From: Octopus bimaculoides
Lineage: Eukaryota
DNA length: 46,898 nt
Reading direction: 5' to 3'
NCBI RefSeq assembly: GCF_001194135.2
Contig: NC_069007.1
Location: 4,174,718-4,221,615 of the forward strand
Shown here: positions 27,801 through 37,303 of the stretch, piece after piece
Layout: each line of letters opens with the position of its first letter
Position numbering within the stretch: position 1 is the stretch's first letter
The notes under the pieces: generated by a model
Told to the model about the DNA's origin: nothing
Database searches by the model: none
What the model saw: the letters and a program-made list of their open reading frames with translations, nothing else
Position numbers and translations under genes: made by a program

Positions 27801-30800
27801 TGCTATTACTGTCGCTTGTGTTTAACTCTTTCGCATTCAGATTACCTTGTCAAATATAATCTTTATTCATTCACACTGTTTTGGATTAATCATGCATTAC
27901 TTCATATCTTCGAGAATCTGATGATGTCATAGCTTATGTTTTGAATAATATTGTAGGGTAAAATATAGGAGGCCGGATCTGGCCAGTTTAAACATAAAAC
28001 AATTAGAATATTTCGGTCAGACATGGCTGGTTTGACCTCTCAGAATTCAGATTGCTCTATCAAACGTAATATTTATTCAAATTGCTTTGAATTAATCGTG
28101 CATTATCTTGTAGCGCTGAGTGTTTCGATGATGTGATTGTTTACGTTTAAAATGACATTGTATAACATGTGTGAAAGGCCAGATCTGGCCAAATTCAATA
28201 TAAAACAGACAGGATATCTGGGCCAGACATGGCTGGTTTAAATACTAATGGATCAAACTGATTTTAAAGTCTGTTGTGTTGAGACAGTCTGAAACTGATG
28301 TTTTTTTTGTTGATTTTTTTTGGCAGGACGTCTCCCAGAAGGAAGGAAATATAAAGAATACTCAACCCTTATCTATAATATCTAACATTGGATGTGGAAT
28401 ATCATTAGTTTGTCTCATTCTTACAATAATAATTCATGTTTTTTTTAAGTAAGCATTTCAATTTCTATTTGCTTGTGCAAACATGGCTGTGTGGCAAAAA
28501 GCTTGGTTCCCAACCACATGGTTCCAGGTTCAGTCCTACTGCATGCCACGTTGTGCAAGTGTCTTCTACTATAGCCCCAGGCCAACCAAACCCTTGTGAG
28601 TGGATTTGGTAGGCGGAAACTGAAAGAAGCCCATCGTATATATGTATTACGTGTGTGTGTGTGTGTCTTTGTGTCTATCTCCACACCATCCTGACAGACC
28701 CCTCCCCCATCCTGACAGACCCTTCCTCCATCCTTTCAGACCCTTCCCCCAACCTGATAGACCCTTCCCCCATCCTAGCAGACCTCTACCCATCCTGACA
28801 CATCCTCCACCCATCATGACAGACCCATCTTCCATCCTCACAGACCCCTCTGCCATCCTGACAAAGCCTTCTCCCATTCCGACAGACCACCATCTCTATC
28901 CTGACAGACCCCCCTACCCCATCCTGACAGACACTTCCCCCATCCTAACAGACTTCTTCCCTCATCCTGACAGACTTCCACCCCCGTACTGACAGACCCC
29001 TCCCTATCCTGACAGACCCCCCTACCCCATCCTGACAGACACTTCCCCCATCCTAACAGNNNNNNNNNNNNNNNNNNNNNNNNNNNNNNNNNNNNNNNNN
29101 NNNNNNNNNNNNNNNNNNNNNNNNNNNNNNNNNNNNNNNNNNNNNNNNNNNNNNNNNNNNNNNNNNNNNNNNNNNNNNNNNNNNNNNNNNNNNNNNNNNN
29201 NNNNNNNNNNNNNNNNNNNNNNNNNNNNNNNNNNNNNNNNNNNNNNNNNNNNNNNNNNNNNNNNNNNNNNNNNNNNNNNNNNNNNNNNNNNNNNNNNNNN
29301 NNNNNNNNNNNNNNNNNNNNNNNNNNNNNNNNNNNNNNNNNNNNNNNNNNNNNNNNNNNNNNNNNNNNNNNNNNNNNNNNNNNNNNNNNNNNNNNNNNNN
29401 NNNNNNNNNNNNNNNNNNNNNNNNNNNNNNNNNNNNNNNNNNNNNNNNNNNNNNNNNNNNNNNNNNNNNNNNNNNNNNNNNNNNNNNNNNNNNNNNNNNN
29501 NNNNNNNNNNNNNNNNNNNNNNNNNNNNNNNNNNNNNNNNNNNNNNNNNNNNNNNNNNNNNNNNNNNNNNNNNNNNNNNNNNNNNNNNNNNNNNNNNNNN
29601 NNNNNNNNNNNNNNNNNNNNNNNNNNNNNNNNNNNNNNNNNNNNNNNNNNNNNNNNNNNNNNNNNNNNNNNNNNNNNNNNNNNNNNNNNNNNNNNNNNNN
29701 NNNNNNNNNNNNNNNNNNNNNNNNNNNNNNNNNNNNNNNNNNNNNNNNNNNNNNNNNNNNNNNNNNNNNNNNNNNNNNNNNNNNNNNNNNNNNNNNNNNN
29801 NNNNNNNNNNNNNNNNNNNNNNNNNNNNNNNNNNNNNNNNNNNNNNNNNNNNNNNNNNNNNNNNNNNNNNNNNNNNNNNNNNNNNNNNNNNNNNNNNNNN
29901 CGGAACAGCCTGCTCGTGAAATTAACGTGCAAGTGGCTGAGCACTCCACAGACACGTGTACCCTTAACGTAGTTCTCGGGGAGAGTCAGCGTGACACAGG
30001 GTGACAAGGCTGACCCTTTGAAATACAGGTACAACAGAAATAGGAAGTAAGAGTGAGAGAAAGTTGTGGTGGAAGAGTACAGCAGGGTTCGCCACCATCC
30101 CCTGCTGGAGCCTCGTGGAGCTTTAGGTGTTTTCGCTCAATAAACACTCACAACGCCCGGTCTGAGAATCGAAACCGCGATCCTATGACCGCAAGTCCGC
30201 TGCCCTAACCACCGGGCCATTGCCCCTCCACGCAAGTGATTCCAAGCTCCAGAAAATCAAGTGAGTAAATCCCCAGTCCAATCTATACTCAGTGGTTTGA
30301 TGGGCGAAAAACAAAACATTTTGCTGCTAAATGAGGGAAAATTTAAGCTCGTCCACTTAGAGAAACAGAATATACTTAGACAACTATAGACTTTTACCTT
30401 GAACGAGCTCCTCATAGCATTATATAATATCAAAGACTTAGATGTAATTGTGGACAAAAGCTTAAGTGGAGTGCACACATCAGCAACAAAGTTGATATTG
30501 CCCACAGAATGTGTTCTTGGATCGTTAGGACTTCCCAGTCCAGATTTCCTTAAACCATCATCCTTCTCTTCTCTAACTTTGCCAGGGTGCACCTTGAATA
30601 TTGCTACCCACTACAGTCTCTCTCGCTCTTTTCACACACACACACACACACTAGAAAAGAGATTAGGAAATCTCAACACAGAAGTGGAAGTAGTTCAGTT
30701 GATCTTTACTTTTCCATTCAAGAAGATATTGTATAGAACAGGGATTTTCAAACAGTGGTCCCCGGACCACAGGGGTCCGCAAGGACAAGACAGGGGGTCC

Positions 30801-32985
30801 GTGGACAGCAAATACTTTTTATGGGCAATTTGATTTATATTTTTTAATCGAAATCTTTTAATTGACAATAAACCTATTTGTTAAATACTGTTAAATAAAT
30901 AAATGTAAAAATATATGTTATTTTAAGCAAATATTTATGTATAAATTTCATAAGCGTTTATAAGGGGGTCCCTAAGCTAAAGCCTGAAATATAAAGGGGT
31001 CCGCAAGTCAAAAAGTTTGAAAACCCCTGGTATATAACAACAAGGTGTCTACAATGTCTACTGGAAACAATGAAACAATATTGGCTAAAACCTATGGGTA
31101 AGACCTCTAGGTATGTTCTATTGTAAAAATAACATTGTTAATAAATCTTCAAAGTTGACAGAATCATTAAGCACATCAGACAAAATGTATTGTAGTATTT
31201 CTTCCATTTCCTTAAGTTCTGTGTTCAGATGCCACTGATGCCAACTTTGTCTTTCGCCCATATAGGATCGATACTAAGGCTTGTAGTATCAATTAACTTA
31301 TCCTTCTAAAATTACGGCTTCCGTGCCAAAAATTTCGAACCATTATTTATGTATTGAGTGACTTTATATTTCAATGCTCTGTTCCACTCGGAAATGAGTT
31401 GTACTTGTATTTCAAAGGGCCAACCTTGTCACACTCTGTGTCATGCTGAATCTCCCTGAGAACTACATTAAAGGCATGCGTGTCTGTGGAGTACTCAGCC
31501 ACTTGCATGTTAATTTCACAAGCAGGTTGACTTCGTGACTGATACGGTGTCATACTTCAATAGATTAAATATCATTATTTCTTTTTTTTTCTCCTTCAGG
31601 CGGCGAGCTGGCAGAATGGTTAGAACGCCGGGCGAAATGCCTGCAGTATTTCACCTGTCGGTACGTTCTGAGTTTAAATTCTGCTGAGGTCGACTTTTGT
31701 CTTTCATCCTTTCGGAATCGATAAATTAAGTACCAGTGAAATACTGGTGTCGATGTAATCGACCATACTCCTCCCCCAAATTTCAGGCCTTGTGCCTACA
31801 GTAAAAAGGATTATTTCTTTTTTCCTTAAAACGGCAAGATGGCAGAATCGTTAGCACGCCGGGCAAGATGCTTAGCAGCCTGTCTTTACGTTTTGAGTTC
31901 AAATGCCACCAAGGTCAACTTTGCCTTTCATCCTTTTTTTTGAGGGGGTGGGGGTCAATAAATTAGTACCAGTTACACACTGGGGGAGATCGATATAATT
32001 GACTTAATCCCCTACCCCGCAAAACTGCTTGCCTTGTGCCAAAATTTAAAACCAATATTTCTTTATTCGTTATTTCAGAAATCTATGGAAATCATTGGCT
32101 TCAAAGATTTTAGTAAGCTTGTGCAGTTCTTTGGCAATCACAAACTTTATCTTTGTTGCTGGGATGCAAGCGCATGCTGTAAAACCAATAGCTAATTGTA
32201 AGGTAAGTGAAAATGCATTTATGCTTGCATATGTTTTGCTTTATATTAAACATAATGAACGACAATCTGTTACTTCAAATATATTTACTTCCGCTAGTGT
32301 GGAGGCGCAATGGCCCAGTGGTTAGGGCAGCGGACTCGCGGTCATAGGATCGCGGTTTCCATTCCCAGACCGGGCGCTGTGAGTGTTTATTGAGCGAAAA
32401 CACCTAAAGCTCCACAAGGCTCCGACAGGGGATGGTGGCGAACCCTGCTCTACTCTTTCACCACAACTTTCTCTCACTCTTTCTTCCTGTTTCTGTTGTG
32501 CCTGTAATTCAAAGGGTCAGCCTTGTCATCCTGTGTCACGCTGAATCTCCCCGAGAACTACGTTATGGGTACACTGGTCTGTGGAGTGCTCATCCACTTG
32601 CACGTTAATTTCACGAGCAGGCTGTTCCGTTGATCGGATCAACTGGAACCCTCGACGTCGTAAGCAACGGAGTGCCAACAAAAACTTCCTCTAGTAACAG
32701 CCCAGGTTGCAGCTCTTTCCTAAATCTTTCACGACTAATAAATGTTACGTTTAATGTTTGTGCTGTTTGCTTTTGTATTTTTTTATTTGATCTGTTCTAT
32801 GGTGATGACAGCAATTTTTATGAACAGAAATACGAAATAGTAAATGATGAAGTTTTAATTCCAGAAATTGTATTTTATATAAAGTCTTCCAAACCTCCCC
32901 TCCCCAAAACATTTATCTCACCCCTGTTCAACTTCCTGTGAATTTTGTTGCATCTATTTGAGCAATTCTATCTAATAAAGCATCA

Positions 32986-33018
<33 letters not shown>

Positions 33019-34086
33019 GAGTGAGAGAGCAGTGCATGCCATCAAAGTGACACTGGGGTAAAATATACTAAGACCAGTATACCCATCATGATTACCTCTC
33101 TGATAAGGGTAAACCAGGCACATGCATCACAACCATATGTGCGCGACATGGTGATCTCATATCAAGTTAAACAGCACATGACCTTGCAGGTGTGGCCCAG
33201 TTAGAATTTTCTTCAGGTCGAGTAGCCCATCCCACTCAAAAGGTCCCTGAATAAGGTTTGTTTAAGGATGTTGAGCGAAACACCCATGTTTCCAAAGGTG
33301 AATTATTCAAACCCCAAAGAATTCCTCTCAACACATGGCTATGATGCTCCCCCACTACTTCTGCTCGTGATCAGAGATGCACATATCGTCAGCCACCAAG
33401 GAACATGCTCAACTGGTTAAGGTCAAACAACATTATTATTATTATTATTACCTAATAGGACTGTGGTGGATTGGCAAAAGCATTAAATGAAATTCCTTTC
33501 AGGTACTGAATTACGTCACTGCATTGAACTATCAGCAGGGTCTGGTTTTGATCTTCATCTTTTTTGGATCGATAATATAAAATATCAATCAAGTACCAGC
33601 GCCGATACTGTTAGCTATATCCCCACCCCTGCAAAACAATATATTCAATATATATTTGAGAGCGTGTGTCAATGTCAGAAGTCATTATTGTTAGTGTTGA
33701 TGTTGTTGTTATTGTTGTCATTGCAGACAGTGGCTGCTATGTTACACTACTTCCTTCTGGCGTCTTTCATGTGGATGACTATAGAAGCAATTAATGTTCT
33801 CTTAAGTGTGGTTATTACATTCAAAACGTATCAGACATCTTTCATGATGAGAACTTCAATTTTGGCATGGGGTATGTATAACGATTTTTGTTACTTTATC
33901 TCTCTCCCCTTCATACACACACACACACACACGCACACACATAATTTCCCTATCTGTCTGTCTCTTTCTCTCTTTGATAGACGTATAAGCTAAAAATAAT
34001 ACGAGTAAAATCTAAAGTAAAGATCAAATAAATAGTACTTGCGCTTCATTAGCCCCAAAAACTGACCATCTCCACGCATAACAATG

Positions 34087-34117
<31 letters not shown>

Positions 34118-37100
34118 GATGGTCTGGTCTCTCCCGTCGAAGATCATGTATGATTGCTCAGCTATTGCCGAACGACCTGCACCAATAATTTGTTTATAAT
34201 GATCGAATGTATGTGCCGTGCATTATTTCACTCCCTTCATCAAATAGTAAAAACTGATCTGTGCGTGATACGAAATAAAACAGTGACTTCTTTTGTACTT
34301 GACATTTTTCCGGAGAAAAAAAAAAAGCAGTCAAAACATCGATTCAAGTGTCACGTATTTATAATTTTAAATATTAATTAAACATTAAATTCAAATTACG
34401 AAAAACGTAAATAAACAAACGAAGCTTACTTTTTTAGAAGCGTTGAGATGTCTTTTAGAAAGTTAAAGAAGTGATTTTAAATTCTCAATCGCAGAATAAT
34501 GCTAATAATATAGCCTGAACAGGATAAACTATCCCTATTTTGCACCTACACTTTTCTCTGCAAAATAGGGATAGTTTATCCTGTTCAGGCTATAATTTTA
34601 AATATTAATAAATATCTACTTATTTATCTTCATTTATGTAAATATCGTTGTCAGGTCTTCCAGCTATCATTGTTATACTTACTTTGTCAATCAATTCCAC
34701 AAACAATTATACGAGAATTGCAGAAGTGTAAGTATTTCTGTGTTTTATCCATCTTATTTTTCCCTGGTCTTCTTCGCTACTAACACTGAAAAAAGCAACT
34801 TTCCATACAAAGAATGTCGTGACCTAAATTCTCAGACGTTTCTCAGACGCTCACCTTCTTATTCTCGTGCCGCACCATTGGAATTGTTAAAACAATGGTA
34901 ACGAGATTCATAATGCCGTTTGATATTTGAGACTCTCTTCACAGTTTTCGACAAATTAAACAAACTCATTTTCTTTGGTGCTCGATGAAAAACTCGTTAA
35001 GTGTCCACTCCTGATTAAAATTTCCGCATTCAAAATCCACTTAACTTTCCTTGTTTTCCATTTTATGTTATTATTCAAGAGATGCAGGATCCTGGACAGG
35101 AAGGCGAAATGTATGACTAAAAATAAGTCAGAACAAAAGCAAATGTGATAATCTACTGAAAATGTATAACAAGGAATAATCATACAAAAACATTATCAGA
35201 AGAATTTCTCTACTTGGTCAGTGTGGCCACTTTGTTTCTCATGAATCTTCTGTTAGGCTCAATGGATTGCAGTGATGCCAGTTCAATAAATAACAATGTT
35301 GTTGCTGTTGGCACTCCGTCGCTTACGACGTCGAGGGTTCCAGTTGATCCGATCAACGGAACAGCCTGCTCGTGAAATTAACGTGCAAGTGGCTGAGCAT
35401 TCCACAGACACGTGTACCCTTAACGTAGTTCTCGGGGATATTCAGCGTGACACAGTGTGACAAGGCTGGCCCTTTGAATTACAGGCACAACAGAAACAGG
35501 AAGTAAGAGTGAGAGAAAGTTGTGGTGGAAGAGTACAGCAGGGTTCGCCACCATCCCCTGTTGGAGTCTCGTGGAGCTTTAGGTGTTTTCGCTCAATAAA
35601 CACTCACAACGCCCGGTCTGGAATCGAAACCGCGATCCTATGACCGCGAGTCCGCTGCCCTAACCACTGGGCCATTGCACGTCCACTAATAAATCACAAT
35701 AAGCAGCAATTATTTCTCAACAAAACTTCTTACCGGTGACCATCAAACACAAGCGAAAAGTGATTGTAGACAGTGTATGAATGTAAGAAGGCCTGCGCTG
35801 TACATGTTTCATTTTACCAAAAATAAGATGCCGCGCACCTGCACACCTGTGTCATTGGTGTTCGTGTATATGTGCCCGGTAAAAACAGACGGACAGGCAA
35901 TACCGAAATGCTGGAGTTGAGGCAAAGTGTGGTTTGAGATAAATGAAATCTTAAAAATTCTGAATTTCCACAAAACCCTCGCGGGCCGGATCAAGGCCTT
36001 CGCGGGCCGGATGTGGCCTGCAGGCCGGGGATTGCGGACCCCTTCATAAAGCAATGACAAAATACCAACATCAAACCCAAATAAATCTCCTCTCCTTAAC
36101 CTTCAGCCAACATCTTCACCTATCAACCCACACCCTACAAACATATACATCAAACCTGTCCTACCGCATTCCCCATCTTTTTACACAACTGCTTTCTTGA
36201 TTTACCTACATTACACCTGAATTTCAAAGGGGCCATATTGTGGGTCAGTCTGAAGATGGACATAGTCAACGCAAAATCACAGAAAACCTTGGGGTCCTGC
36301 TTTCTACAGTTAATAGAGTGATTGTGAAATTCACCAGAGAGGGGAAGGAGTCCACATCATCTCACCCAGATCAACCAGAGCCCTCTAACAAGACCCTTCT
36401 GTTTGTTAAGAGAAGTGTGGAGGATAATCCTTGTTGCAAGGCCACTAACATAGCAGAACAAGTTGATGTCGGTCCCAGAACAGCTGTCAGGTATCTCCAC
36501 AAACTTGGTTACTATGGCAGAGCAGCAAGAAGGAAGCCACTTCTTCGACCAGGCAACATCAAGTAGAGAAAAGATTGGGTCAGTGAGATGATGGAGAGGC
36601 CACTAGTATTTTAGGACAGTCATATTCTCTGATGAAGTGGAGGCGCAATGGCCCAGTGGTTAGGGCAGCGGACTCGCGGTCATAGGATCCGGTTTCGATT
36701 CCCAGACCGGGCATTGTGAGTGTTTATTGAGCGAAAACACCTAAAGCCCCACGAGGCTCCGGCAGGGGATGGTGGCGAACCCTGCTGTACTCTTCCACCA
36801 CAACTTTCTCTCACTCTTACTTCCTATTTCTGTTGTACCTGTAATTCAAAGGGTCAGCCTTGTCACACTGTGTCATGCTGAATATCCCCGAGAACTACGT
36901 TAAGGGTACACGTGTCTGTGGAGTGCTCAGCCACTTGCACGTTAATTTCACGAGCAGGCTGTTCCGTTGATCGGATCAACTGGAACCCTCAACGTCGTAA
37001 GCGACGGAGTGCCAACAACAACAAATTCTCTGATGAGTTCAGATTTGCTGTATTTCCTGACAGGCAGTTGTGATATAGAATGAAGTTAGTAATAAAACAG

Positions 37101-37270
37101 GCGTATTGCTCTACCTCCGGTATTCGAGTACCATTTCCTTCCACCTCGTTGCGCATTTATGTAATGCTATGCATTCCTGATTTTTTTTTACTCATTTGTA
37201 ATATATTCTTTGAATATTTTTGGTGTGATGTCTATTTCTGTCTCTTTCTCTTTCTTTGCCTTTCTTTTGC

Positions 37271-37303
<33 letters not shown>

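Noticed and set aside
28642-28992. Proline-rich ORF
   Set aside because: Translation of the C-rich minisatellite.
5012-29955. Recurring ORFs [18 protein letters not shown]... and [11 protein letters not shown]...
   Set aside because: Incidental frames within SINE family A copies.
33487-33726. N-terminal extension of the TM3 ORF
   Set aside because: Intronic (TTG)-rich and repeat-derived sequence upstream of a clear acceptor at 33726.
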